From NCBI GenBank assembly GCA_965232515.1, contig CBDDPY010000002.1, forward strand, positions 6,076,532 through 6,140,531: a DNA stretch of 64,000 bases, given 5' to 3'. Below are positions 45,692 through 54,976 of the stretch, piece by piece. How positions within the stretch are numbered: the first letter of the stretch is position 1; every line of letters begins with the position of its first letter. The notes under the pieces were generated by a model, which saw only the letters and a list, made by a program, of their open reading frames with translations, had not been told where the DNA came from and did not search any database. The position numbers and the translations under genes are program-made. The stretch comes from Alphaproteobacteria bacterium (GTDB lineage Bacteria; Pseudomonadota; Alphaproteobacteria; GCA-2731375).

Positions 45692-46561
45692 ATGCTCGCC
45701 GGCCTGTTGTCTCCCGATAACCCGGCTTTTCAGAGCGCGGTGCTGCCGTTTCTTCTGGCCGCCGTCGTTGCCGGTTTGATCCGGCTGGCGGGCGGCAGCG
45801 GGCGCGGCGCGCTGCTGGCCGGCGCGGCGGTCGGCCTGGCGGTGCTGGTCGTCTATGCGGTCGTGCTGGGGATGCCGCCGTTTCCGCCCCGGTCGTCGGG
45901 GCAGAAGCTGTTCTACGTGGCGGTCGCGGGTCTGGTGCTCGGCATCGCGCTCGATTTGGGCCGGATGCGCGGCAGAGTTCTGACCCTGCTGCTGTTAGCA
46001 TTCATTGCCGTCGCGTCGGTGTGGGTCGGCTGGCCGGCCTGGAAACGCCTGGCGGCGGCGCCTGACACCTGGATGCCGGCTGTGACGCTCCTGCTCCTGC
46101 TGACAGCGGCAGTGCCGCTGGCGCGCGCGGCGCCGAACGGGATTTCGGCGGCGGTGATGTTGCTGATCGCCGCGGTTGGCCTGGCGATGGTCGCGTTGAC
46201 GGCGAACTCGGCATCGCTATCCCAGATCGCCGGCGCGCTGGCCGCCGCCGTTGGCGGCTTTCTCGTCTGGAACTGGCCCAAGGCGCGTTTCCCCGTCTCC
46301 GCCGCGCTGTTGTTCGGCGCCATGGGCGCCTTCGCGGCGCTGACGACGCAAGCGGCTCTGTTCACCCGGGCCGATCCGTGGACGCTCGCGCCCTTGGTTC
46401 TGGTGTTTCTGGCCGCGATACCGGCGTCGCGGCTGAGCATCGGCAGCGGCGCGGTTCGTGCCGCGCTGTCCCCCCTTGTCATCGGGTTTTGCGCGGCGTT
46501 GCCGGCCGCGCTCGCGGTCGCTTTGGGCTTTTGGCTCAACGGCGACGTTTACACCGGCTGA
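45692..46561 (+). CDS. Hypothetical polytopic membrane protein (Ala/Leu-rich, about 8 TM helices).
   Basis: 289 aa and highly hydrophobic. I recognise no motif. It lies upstream of yceI. Confidence 0.45.
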   Translation: MLAGLLSPDNPAFQSAVLPFLLAAVVAGLIRLAGGSGRGALLAGAAVGLAVLVVYAVVLGMPPFPPRSSGQKLFYVAVAGLVLGIALDLGRMRGRVLTLLLLAFIAVASVWVGWPAWKRLAAAPDTWMPAVTLLLLLTAAVPLARAAPNGISAAVMLLIAAVGLAMVALTANSASLSQIAGALAAAVGGFLVWNWPKARFPVSAALLFGAMGAFAALTTQAALFTRADPWTLAPLVLVFLAAIPASRLSIGSGAVRAALSPLVIGFCAALPAALAVALGFWLNGDVYTG

Positions 46562-46604
46562 CCTGCCGACGATTTTCGCACACAACAGGAAGGGAGTGCT
46601 TCAG

Positions 46605-47189
46605 ATGAAACCGTTTCGTGTTTTGGGTATCGCCACCGCCTTCGCCTTGGCGCTCGGCACACTGCCCGCCAAGGCCGCGGACGAGATGGAGATCGACCCG
46701 GCGCATACGAATATCGCCTTCATGATCGATCATCTCGGCTATTCGATGATGCTGGGCCGGTTCGCCGATTTCGATATCGCGCTGGCGTTCGATCAGAACC
46801 AGGTTGGCAACAGTACGCTTGCGGTATCCGTAAAGACGGAGAGCCTGACCACCTTCCATGCGAAGCGGGACGAGCATTTGCGGTCGCCCGATTTCTTCAA
46901 CACGGCCGAGTTTCCCGCGATGACCTTCACCTCGACCGCGATCGAGCAGACCGGCGACAATACCGGCAAGGTGACCGGCGATCTCACCCTGCTGGGCGTG
47001 ACCAAGCCGGTGACGTTGGACGTCACCTTCAACAAGGCGGCGCCGCATCCGTTCAACAAGAAGATGACCGTCGGCTTCTCGGCCCGCGGCATGCTGAAGC
47101 GCTCCGATTTCGGCATGGCCTATGGTTTGCCGGCGATCGGCGATGACGTCGAGCTGATCATCGAGGCCGAGGCCGTGAAGCCGGAGTAG
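46605..47189 (+). CDS. yceI: YceI family periplasmic (polyisoprenoid-binding) protein.
   Basis: Signal peptide MKPFRVLGIATAFALALGTLPAKA, then the YceI core (IDPAHTNIAFMIDHLGYSMMLGRFADF...LTLLGVTKPVTL). An AGGAAGGGA RBS is present. Confidence 0.8.
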   Translation: MKPFRVLGIATAFALALGTLPAKAADEMEIDPAHTNIAFMIDHLGYSMMLGRFADFDIALAFDQNQVGNSTLAVSVKTESLTTFHAKRDEHLRSPDFFNTAEFPAMTFTSTAIEQTGDNTGKVTGDLTLLGVTKPVTLDVTFNKAAPHPFNKKMTVGFSARGMLKRSDFGMAYGLPAIGDDVELIIEAEAVKPE

Positions 47190-47237
47190 TCTCCCGCCGG
47201 ACACCATTTGGGCTCATTAGCCCTAGCGCTTGTTAAC

Positions 47238-47270
47238 CTTGAGGGCGGCCGCCCCACGGCCGCCCTCAAG
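47238..47270 (+). terminator. GC-rich hairpin downstream of yceI (probable intrinsic terminator without a U-tract).
   Basis: A perfect 14-bp stem, CTTGAGGGCGGCCG / CGGCCGCCCTCAAG, with loop CCCCA, 49 nt after the yceI stop. Confidence 0.45.
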
Positions 47271-47389
47271 CATTTCTTAATCCGGACTATCCACCATACG
47301 TCGGTTGCGCTGCTGAACCGCCGCGCCCGGCAGCCATTCGACATCGCTGCCCGGCCGGCGGAGGCCGATTTGCGGAACGGAACGGCGGT

Positions 47390-48628
47390 ATGTCCGGCAT
47401 GATGGAATGGATGCGGCAGGCCGATTGGCTGGTCCGCCGACGGCTGGTCGCCTATTCGGCGATCTTTGTCGTGATGTATGTCGTCGCCGCCGGCATCTGG
47501 TTGGCCATGAGCAGCGGCGGCATCGACATCAACGGCAGGCCCATCGGTCCCGATTTTGTCAATGTCTGGGCGGCCGGCAGCCTGGCGCTGACCGACCGAT
47601 CAGCCGACATCTACGAGTATACCGCCCATCACGAGGCCCAAAAGGCAGCTTTTGGCGGCGCCCATGTGCCCTATTTCGGCTGGCACTACCCGCCCATGTT
47701 CCTGCTGCTCGCCCTACCGCTGGCGTTGTTGCCCTACCTGGCGGCGTTGAGCCTTTGGCTGCTGTCGACGCTGCCGCTCTTCTTGCTGGCGGTCTATCGA
47801 ATTCTGCCGCGCCGCGAATCGCTTTTGCTGGCATTGGCGTTCCCCGGCGTTTTCGTCAATTTGAGCCACGGGCAGAATGGTTTTCTCACCGCGGCCCTAC
47901 TTGGCGGCGGTTTGCTGCTGCTCGAGAGGCGACCGCTGCTGGCCGGTCTGTTGTTCGGATTGCTGACCTACAAGCCGCAGTTCGGGCTCTTGATCCCGCT
48001 GGTTTTGCTGCTCGGACAACGCTGGGATACCATTGTGGTGGCGGCCGGGACCGCGGCCTTCGTCGCCATGGTTTCGTTGCTGTTGTTCGGACCCGAAACC
48101 TGGATCGCGTTCCTCGACAGTCTGGCGCTGACGAGAGAGGTGATCGTCGAGCAGGGTGTGACCGGCTGGCACAAGATCATGAGCGTGTTCGCGGCCGCGC
48201 GCATGTATGGCGCCGGTATCGAGCTGGCCTATCTCATTCAAGCGGCCGTCGGCATTTGCGCCATGGCGACGGTCTTGTGGTTGTGGGCCCTGACGGTTCC
48301 GCACGGGCTGAAATGCGCCGCGCTGGTGGCCGCGACCCCGTTGCTGACGCCTTATGTCCTGGACTACGACCTGGTCATCCTGGCCCTACCGGTGGCTTGG
48401 CTGGCGGCCGATGGATTGCGACGCGGGTTCCTGCCCTGGGAGAAGCTGACGTTGGCCGCCGTCTGGTTGCTGCCGCTTCTGTCGCGGCCGATCGGTCTGA
48501 GCCTGTCGCTGCCGATTACGCCACCGTTGTTGATGATCCTGTTGTTCGTGATCTTCCGTCGCGCCCGTAGTCCGGCGCTTGCCGGCGCAACCCCGACCGA
48601 TGTTCGACCGCGGGCGGCACATGCCTGA
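47390..48628 (+). CDS. DUF2029 / GT87-like GT-C fold membrane glycosyltransferase.
   Basis: 412 aa, polytopic. DUF2029-type loops (DFVNVWAAGSLAL, GWHYPPMFLL, GLLTYKPQFGLLIPL). Confidence 0.6.
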   Translation: MSGMMEWMRQADWLVRRRLVAYSAIFVVMYVVAAGIWLAMSSGGIDINGRPIGPDFVNVWAAGSLALTDRSADIYEYTAHHEAQKAAFGGAHVPYFGWHYPPMFLLLALPLALLPYLAALSLWLLSTLPLFLLAVYRILPRRESLLLALAFPGVFVNLSHGQNGFLTAALLGGGLLLLERRPLLAGLLFGLLTYKPQFGLLIPLVLLLGQRWDTIVVAAGTAAFVAMVSLLLFGPETWIAFLDSLALTREVIVEQGVTGWHKIMSVFAAARMYGAGIELAYLIQAAVGICAMATVLWLWALTVPHGLKCAALVAATPLLTPYVLDYDLVILALPVAWLAADGLRRGFLPWEKLTLAAVWLLPLLSRPIGLSLSLPITPPLLMILLFVIFRRARSPALAGATPTDVRPRAAHA

Positions 48629-49619
48629 GCAGGCGGTGAACTGGACCGCCGCGGCGATCCGGGAGCTGGTCGCCGCCGTCGATGCGCCCCGGGTGGCGGT
48701 GCTATTGCCCTGCTACAACGAGGAGGCGACGGTCGTTGAGGTAATCGCCGATTTCCGCGCGGCGTTGCCCGAGGCCGAGATTTACGTCTATGACAACGCG
48801 TCGACCGACGCGACGGCCGAGCTTGCCGCCGCGGCCGGCGCGGTCGTCCGCCGCGAGCCGCTGCGCGGTAAGGGCAATGTCATTCGGCGCATGTTCGCGG
48901 ACATCGATGCCGACATTTACGTGATGGCCGATAGCGACGGCACCTACGACGCCGCTGCCGCGCCCGAGCTGGTCGAGCGACTGGTCTCGGACAATCTCGA
49001 TATGGTGGTCGGCACGCGGGCCGGCGGCGGCGCGGCGGCCTATCGTTGGGGGCACGTGTTCGGCAACCGCATGTTCAACAAGGTCGTCGCGATACTGTTC
49101 GGCGACGGCTTGCACGACATCCTGTCGGGCTATCGCGTGTTCTCTCGCCGCTTCGTCAAATCGTTTCCGGCGCTGGCGACGGGCTTCGAGACCGAGACCG
49201 AGCTCAGCATTCACGCCCTCGACCTGCATCTGCCCGTGGCCGAGATCGAAACCGCCTATGGCGCCCGTCCGAGCGGGTCGGTCAGTAAACTCCGCACGGT
49301 GCGGGACGGGCTGTCGATCCTCTGGACCATCATGCTGCTGTTCAAGGAGGTCCACCCGTTCTGGTTCTTCGGCGCGATCTCCGCGGCATTCGCCGCCCTG
49401 TCGTTGGGACTGGCCTATCCGGTCATCGTCGAATACCTGCTGACCGGTCAGGTGCCCCGGTTCCCGACCGCGATCCTGGCCACCGGCGTCATGCTGCTCG
49501 CCTGCCTCGGATTTGCCTGCGGGCTGATCCTGGACAGCGTCTGCCGCGGCCGCCGCGAGGCCAAGCGCATGTGTTATCTGGCGCTGACGTCGGTCGGCGC
49601 CAAACTGCCGAGCGACTGA
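48621..49619 (+). CDS. GT2 polyprenyl-phosphate glycosyltransferase (DPM1/ArnC/GtrB-like) with C-terminal TM helices.
   Basis: AVLLPCYNEEATV...YVYDNASTDAT...VMADSDGTYD (DxD), then 2 C-terminal TM helices. Its start overlaps the preceding gene's end by 8 nt. Confidence 0.8.
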   Translation: MPEQAVNWTAAAIRELVAAVDAPRVAVLLPCYNEEATVVEVIADFRAALPEAEIYVYDNASTDATAELAAAAGAVVRREPLRGKGNVIRRMFADIDADIYVMADSDGTYDAAAAPELVERLVSDNLDMVVGTRAGGGAAAYRWGHVFGNRMFNKVVAILFGDGLHDILSGYRVFSRRFVKSFPALATGFETETELSIHALDLHLPVAEIETAYGARPSGSVSKLRTVRDGLSILWTIMLLFKEVHPFWFFGAISAAFAALSLGLAYPVIVEYLLTGQVPRFPTAILATGVMLLACLGFACGLILDSVCRGRREAKRMCYLALTSVGAKLPSD

Positions 49620-49707
49620 CCGACACGCCCACGCGGTTAAGCCTTCACCTTGGCGTCGGCCGAAAAATGCCGCATCCTCTCGGTCTATCGGGAGGTTGCG
49701 ACAGACA

Positions 49708-50484
49708 ATGACGGCGTCCACACCGGACCTCGACAAGCTATTTCGTCTGGACGGCCAGGTCGCGGTGGTGACCGGCGGTGGCGGCGCGATCGGCGGCCTG
49801 GCCACCCGCGTGCTGGCGCAGGCCGGCGCGCGCGTGGTCGTGACCGACCGGGATGCGGCGGCCGCGAGAGCCGTGGCCGTTGAGATCGAGTGGGCCGAGG
49901 CCCGGCAGTTGGACGTCGCGGACGAGGCCGCCGTCGATGCGCTGATGGCCGACATCGACGGCGCGCATGGTCGTATTGATGTGCTGGTCAACGCGGCCGG
50001 GATCTCGAAACGGCTGGCCTCGGAAGAGATCCCGCTCGAGACCTGGAGCCAGGTTCTGGCCGTCAATCTCACCGGCACCTTCCTCTGTGCCCGGGCCGCG
50101 GCGCGTGTGATGCTGCGACGCCGGGCGGGCGCCATCGTCAACATCTCCTCGATCATGGGGCATAGCGGCGGCGGGCTCTATCCGAACCCGGCCTATCACG
50201 CCAGCAAGGGCGGGGTCGTGAACCTGACCCGGGCGCTGGCGGCCGAATGGGGCGACCGCGGCATCCGCGTGAACGACATCGCGCCGACCTTCGTCGATAC
50301 GCCGCTGGCCACGCCGGTGCTGGGCGATCCGGCGATGCGGGCCGAGATCGACCGCCTGCATCCCCTGGGCCGCGTCGCGCAGGTCGACGATCTCGCCGGC
50401 GCCATCCTCTATCTCGCGAGCCCGGCATCGGCGCTGGTCACCGGTCAGAGCCTGGCGGTCGACGGCGGCTGGCTGGCGCGCTGA
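49708..50484 (+). CDS. SDR family oxidoreductase.
   Basis: VAVVTGGGGAIGG Rossmann fold, catalytic YHASK, NAAG. A GGGAGG RBS is present. Confidence 0.8.
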   Translation: MTASTPDLDKLFRLDGQVAVVTGGGGAIGGLATRVLAQAGARVVVTDRDAAAARAVAVEIEWAEARQLDVADEAAVDALMADIDGAHGRIDVLVNAAGISKRLASEEIPLETWSQVLAVNLTGTFLCARAAARVMLRRRAGAIVNISSIMGHSGGGLYPNPAYHASKGGVVNLTRALAAEWGDRGIRVNDIAPTFVDTPLATPVLGDPAMRAEIDRLHPLGRVAQVDDLAGAILYLASPASALVTGQSLAVDGGWLAR

Positions 50485-50508
50485 TTTCAAACAAGCTGAG
50501 GTTTTTTG

Positions 50509-51288
50509 ATGAGCGGTAACATCGTGATGGAAGGCGACGGCGACATCGCGACCGTGATTCTGCGCGCGCCGGATCGGCTGAACGCGCTGAACATGGCGAT
50601 GTGGGACGAGCTGCGCCGGGTGTTCGAGGGGCTCGACGCCGACAGCAGCTGGCGCTGCATCATCATTCGCGGGCACGGCGACAAGGCGTTTGCCGCCGGC
50701 GCTGACATCGCCGACTTCGAGGCCAACCGGTCCAGCGTCGAGAAGGCCCGGGCGTATGGCAAGGTCTTCCACGGCGGGCTGCACGCCGTCGCCAATTGCC
50801 GGCATCCGGTGGTGGCCCAGATCCAGGGCGCCTGTGTGGGCGGCGGTCTGGAGCTGGCCTGCTGCTGCGACATCCGCATCTGCGGCGAGTCCAGCCGCTT
50901 CGGCGTGCCGGTGAACCGGCTGGGCCTGGTGATGGCCTATCAGGAGATGGGCGCGCTGGTCGATCTGGTCGGCAAGGCGGCGGCGCTGGAGATTGTGCTC
51001 GAAGGCCGCGTGTTCAGGGCCGAGGAGGCGCGCGAGAAAGGCCTGGTGAACCGCATCGTCGCCGACGACATGGTCCAGGCCGAGGCGCTGGCGACGGCCG
51101 AGCGGATCGCCGCCGGCGCGCCGCTGGTCGCGCGCTGGCACAAGCAGTTCGTCAGCCGCCTGATGGATCCGCGCCCGCTGAGCGAGGCCGAATTGGACGA
51201 AGGCTTCGCCTGCTTCGGGACGGAGGACTTCCAGATCGGCTATAAAGCCTTTCTGGCGAAAGAGAAACCGGACTTCAAGGGACGATAG
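50509..51288 (+). CDS. Enoyl-CoA hydratase/isomerase family protein.
   Basis: Crotonase motifs (IRGHGDKAFAAGADI, QIQGACVGGGLELACCCD). Confidence 0.85.
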   Translation: MSGNIVMEGDGDIATVILRAPDRLNALNMAMWDELRRVFEGLDADSSWRCIIIRGHGDKAFAAGADIADFEANRSSVEKARAYGKVFHGGLHAVANCRHPVVAQIQGACVGGGLELACCCDIRICGESSRFGVPVNRLGLVMAYQEMGALVDLVGKAAALEIVLEGRVFRAEEAREKGLVNRIVADDMVQAEALATAERIAAGAPLVARWHKQFVSRLMDPRPLSEAELDEGFACFGTEDFQIGYKAFLAKEKPDFKGR

Positions 51289-51290
51289 AC

Positions 51291-52529
51291 ATGCCAATCG
51301 AGCGATTTGGCCCGCTGAAGGGCGTCACCGTTATCGAACTCTGCCACGTGATGGCCGGCCCGACCTGCGGGCTGATGCTGGCCGACATGGGCGCCGATGT
51401 GATCAAGGTCGAGAAGCTCGACGGCGGCGACGATACGCGCCGGGCCCTGCCGCCCGAGATCAACGGCGAGCCGGCAGCCTTCATGATGATGAACCGCAAC
51501 AAGCGCGGCGTCGTCGTCGACCTGAAGACCGAAGGCGGCAAGCGCGTGCTGCGCCGTTTGCTGGAGAAGGCCGACGTCGTCACCGAGAACTACCGCAAGG
51601 GCACGATGGAAAAGCTCGGCCTCGACTACGAAGCCCTGCGCAAGGTCAATCCCGGCCTGATTTTGGCCTCGATCTCCGGCTTCGGCCGCTCAGGCCCCTA
51701 TGCCGACCGTCCGGGCTTCGATCTGGTCGCCCAAGGCATGAGCGGCCTGATGAGCATCACCGGCGAAAGCCCCGAGCGGCCGCCGGTCAAGGTCGGCGCG
51801 CCGCTCTGCGACATCACCGCCGGGCTGCTGCTGGCCATGGGCGTGCTCGCCGCCTATACGCATCGCTTGAAGACCGGCGAGGGCCAGGTCGTCGATACCT
51901 CGCTGCTGGAGGCCGGCATCACGCACACCTACTGGCAATCGGCGATCTGCTTCGCCGACGGCAAGCCGCCGCTAGCCATGGGCTCGGCGCATCCGCTGAA
52001 CGCGCCGTATCAGGCGGTCCGCACCAAGGACGGCTACATCAATATCGGCGCCGCGAACGTCAAGACCTGGGGCCTGTTCATCGAGGCCTTCGGTCTGCAG
52101 CGGCTGGGCGAAGACGAACGCTTCAGGGACAATGCCGGCCGCATGGCGAACCGTGAGGCGCTGATCACCGAGATTGAAACGGCCTTCGCGCCGTTCACCA
52201 GCGCCGAGCTGCTGGACAAGCTGGAGCAGGCCGGCGTGCCGGCGGGGCCCATCTTCAATGTGCAGGAGATGCACGCCGACCCGCAAGTGCAGGCCCGCGA
52301 CATGGTGCCGACGGTCGCGCATCCCGTGGCCGGCAACGTGCAGACCATCGGCCTGCCGGTGAAGTTCTCCGACACGCCCGGCAAGGTGGGGGCCGCGGCG
52401 CCGACGTTCGGTCAGCACACCCGCGAGGTCTTGCTGGAATACGGCTTCGATGCGGCCGAGATTGCGCAACTCGCCAACGAGAAGGCGATCCACGTGGGCG
52501 ACGCGCCGACCGCCGACGCCGCCGAGTAG
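51291..52529 (+). CDS. CoA-transferase family III (CaiB/BaiF/formyl-CoA transferase-like).
   Basis: MPIERFGPLKGVTVIELCHVMAGPTCGLMLADMGADVIKVEK and the conserved Asp region (PGFDLVAQGMSGLMSITG). Confidence 0.85.
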   Translation: MPIERFGPLKGVTVIELCHVMAGPTCGLMLADMGADVIKVEKLDGGDDTRRALPPEINGEPAAFMMMNRNKRGVVVDLKTEGGKRVLRRLLEKADVVTENYRKGTMEKLGLDYEALRKVNPGLILASISGFGRSGPYADRPGFDLVAQGMSGLMSITGESPERPPVKVGAPLCDITAGLLLAMGVLAAYTHRLKTGEGQVVDTSLLEAGITHTYWQSAICFADGKPPLAMGSAHPLNAPYQAVRTKDGYINIGAANVKTWGLFIEAFGLQRLGEDERFRDNAGRMANREALITEIETAFAPFTSAELLDKLEQAGVPAGPIFNVQEMHADPQVQARDMVPTVAHPVAGNVQTIGLPVKFSDTPGKVGAAAPTFGQHTREVLLEYGFDAAEIAQLANEKAIHVGDAPTADAAE

Positions 52530-52532
52530 CCG

Positions 52533-53168
52533 CTACTCCGCCGCGGCGGAGTCGAACAGGCCGCCGATGTAGAAGCCGCGCCGTTTCAGGCTGGCGACCC
52601 ATTCGTCGGCGAAGCTCGGCGCCACCGAGCCGGTGACGATCTCGCTCGCCAGCAGCGCGTCCGACCAGGCCTTGACCTGCGGGAAGTCGTTCAGCAACCC
52701 GCTTTGCAGCCGCTGCTCGGCCATGTCGAAGCGCTGCAGGAACGGCGCATAGGCCGCGTCGACAAGGCACAGCTTGTCGCCGTTGAAGTAGGGACCGTCA
52801 TTGCCGCGCTCCTGCGCGATGGCGTCCTCCAGCTTTTGCAGCACCTTGGGCGCAGCCGCCAGACCCTCGTCGACGCCCTCGCGAGTTGCCTGGTAGTAGA
52901 CGCCACTCAGGCCCTTGGAGAAATCCGGCACGAAGTCGGTCCAGGCCCGGTTGCGGGCTCGCTTGATCGGGTCCTCCGGATGCAGGCGCGGCGGCACCAC
53001 TTCGTCCAGGAACTCGGCGATGGCGTTCGATTCGAACAGCGGCTCGCCGTCCACGTTCAGCACCGGCACCTTGCCGTGCGGCGAGATCTCCAGGAACCAG
53101 CCCGGCTTCTCACGAAGATTGATGTAGGTGACCTCGAACTCGACCTGTTTCGCACGCATCACGATCAC
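52533..53168 (-). CDS. Glutathione S-transferase.
   Basis: Thioredoxin-like N-terminus (GKVPVLNVDGEPLFESNAIAEFL) and alpha-helical C-terminus. 211 aa. Confidence 0.8.
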   Translation of the reverse strand: MIVMRAKQVEFEVTYINLREKPGWFLEISPHGKVPVLNVDGEPLFESNAIAEFLDEVVPPRLHPEDPIKRARNRAWTDFVPDFSKGLSGVYYQATREGVDEGLAAAPKVLQKLEDAIAQERGNDGPYFNGDKLCLVDAAYAPFLQRFDMAEQRLQSGLLNDFPQVKAWSDALLASEIVTGSVAPSFADEWVASLKRRGFYIGGLFDSAAAE

Positions 53169-53299
53169 GGCGCGCTGAACCCAGGGTCAAGTTACCGAGC
53201 TCACCAGATGATATTTGCTGGCCATAACAGTGTTTCCGACATCTCGGTTGCTCAGGCCGCCAGTCTCTCCCATTGTCTGGCCGAAGGAAAGCGTCGTCG

Positions 53300-53902
53300 C
53301 TAGGCGGGCCGGCAGATCATCTCGACCGCATCGTCGGCGAATTTCACCAGGCTGGCCTTGGCCTCGCCCAAGCGGGAGCGCAGCGCCAGGCTGTGCAGCA
53401 CCGCCTGCGCCAGCTTCGCCGCCGCCTCCGGCGCGCGCGACGTCGGGAACTGGCCGTCGTCCTGGGCTTGCCGAAACCGACGCGTCAGCATGTCGTCGAT
53501 CTGGCTCAGCAGGTGCTTGACGTCACGCCGCACCTCGGCGTGCACGACGGCCTCGACCGGCGCCGTGCAGAAGGCGAAACAACCGCGCGCCGGCTTGCCG
53601 CCGCAATAGACGTCGAGCGCGGCGCGATAGAGCTTGCGCAGCGATTGGGCGAGGTCGGGTTCGTCGGTCAATCGGTCGCCGACCTCGGTCTCGAGCTGCG
53701 CCGCGAACCGTGCCATGGACCGGCGGTAGATCATCTCCTTGTCGCCGAATGCGTTGTAGAGGCTGGGCCGGTTCATGCCCGTGGCCCGGGCCAGATCGTC
53801 CAGCGACGTGGCGGTAAGGCCCTGGGTCCAGAACAACTGCATCGCCGCTTCCAGCGCCTCGTCGGGATCGTACTGCCGTGGCCGGCCGCGCGGTCTGCTC
53901 AT
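53300..53902 (-). CDS. TetR/AcrR family transcriptional regulator.
   Basis: N-terminal HTH (FWTQGLTATSLDDLARATGMNRPSLYNAFGDKE). ATG 53902 is taken as the start. Confidence 0.85.
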   Translation of the reverse strand: MSRPRGRPRQYDPDEALEAAMQLFWTQGLTATSLDDLARATGMNRPSLYNAFGDKEMIYRRSMARFAAQLETEVGDRLTDEPDLAQSLRKLYRAALDVYCGGKPARGCFAFCTAPVEAVVHAEVRRDVKHLLSQIDDMLTRRFRQAQDDGQFPTSRAPEAAAKLAQAVLHSLALRSRLGEAKASLVKFADDAVEMICRPA

Positions 53903-53905
53903 TTT

Positions 53906-53960
53906 TGTACCTATTCGCATAATTTAATTGACTCCGATAATTTTATGCGGAACGATACAA
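53906..53960. promoter_or_regulatory. Imperfect inverted repeat (putative TetR operator) in the TetR/GST divergent intergenic region.
   Basis: TTGTACCTATTCGCATAA (53906-53923) and TTATGCGGAACGATACAA (53943-53960) are reverse complements with 14 of 18 matches. They lie within an AT-rich spacer. Confidence 0.4.
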
Positions 53961-53985
53961 AAAATCCAGACCGCGAGACCCGACC

Positions 53986-54933
53986 ATGCCCAGAATCGAC
54001 CATCCCAAGAGCCCCCTCGTGCCCAAGCTCCAGGGCCTGCATCTGTTCCACTTCGAAGGCGCGCCCTGCGCCCAGCGCGTCCGCTTCGCGCTGGCGGAAA
54101 AGGGCCTGGCGCGGGACCGGGACGTCGCCTGGCAGTCGGTCGCGCCCGACACGCTCGTTGCCGAGACCGGCACCTGGATCAGCCGGCATGTCTCGCTGGT
54201 CAAGAAGGACCACCTGACCGACGCCTACGCGGCAATCCACCCGAACCTGGTTGTGCCGGCGCTCGTGCATGACGGGCGGCTCTATATCGAATCCATGGAC
54301 ATCGTGGACTACATCGACGCGACCTGGCCGGAGAACCGCCTGGTGCCGGACGACTCCGACCGCGCGGCGCTGGCCCGGTCACTGGTCGACCAGGCGAAGG
54401 CGCTGCATGTTTCAGTGCGTTACGTGTCGTTCCGCTGGGGCCTGGGTCGCCTCGGCAAGCTGAACGCCAGCGACGAAGAAAACCTGCGACGCCTCGAGAC
54501 CGACGGTTCGCCCGAACAGCTCGTCAACTTCTATGAAAGATATGACCGCGGCCAGATCGAGGAGGCGACCTTCGCCGAGCACCTGGCGGCGCTCGAGGGC
54601 GGCTACGGGGCGCTGGAGCGGCTGTTGTCGGGCGACGGCCAGCCGTTTCTGACGGGCGACAGCTTCAGCATCGCCGACATTATCTGGTCGCTGAAAGTGC
54701 TCAGGATCGAGGAATGCGGCTATCCCTTCGCCGCGAACTTCCCGGCGCTGTTCGCCTGGTATGGCCGGGTGACAAGCCGGCCCGCGTTCAAGGAGGGCGT
54801 CATGTCGCGGCATACGGCGATGAGCCGGACCTTCAAGCTCAAGGCCGCCGCCGCGAACCTGATGGGCCATGGTCTGAAGCAGGCGAGCCGGCGCCAGGAT
54901 AAGACCGGTGGGAGCGCGGCGAGTGCCGCGTGA
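53986..54933 (+). CDS. Glutathione S-transferase-like protein (long form with insertion).
   Basis: GST N-terminal beta-alpha-beta (LHLFHFEGAPCAQRVRFALAEKGL...VPALVHDGRLYIESMDIVDYI) and a C-terminal helical domain. Confidence 0.65.
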   Translation: MPRIDHPKSPLVPKLQGLHLFHFEGAPCAQRVRFALAEKGLARDRDVAWQSVAPDTLVAETGTWISRHVSLVKKDHLTDAYAAIHPNLVVPALVHDGRLYIESMDIVDYIDATWPENRLVPDDSDRAALARSLVDQAKALHVSVRYVSFRWGLGRLGKLNASDEENLRRLETDGSPEQLVNFYERYDRGQIEEATFAEHLAALEGGYGALERLLSGDGQPFLTGDSFSIADIIWSLKVLRIEECGYPFAANFPALFAWYGRVTSRPAFKEGVMSRHTAMSRTFKLKAAAANLMGHGLKQASRRQDKTGGSAASAA

Positions 54934-54976
54934 GCGGGATCGCCACCTCCAGATCGAGCGCGATCAACTGCGGCGC

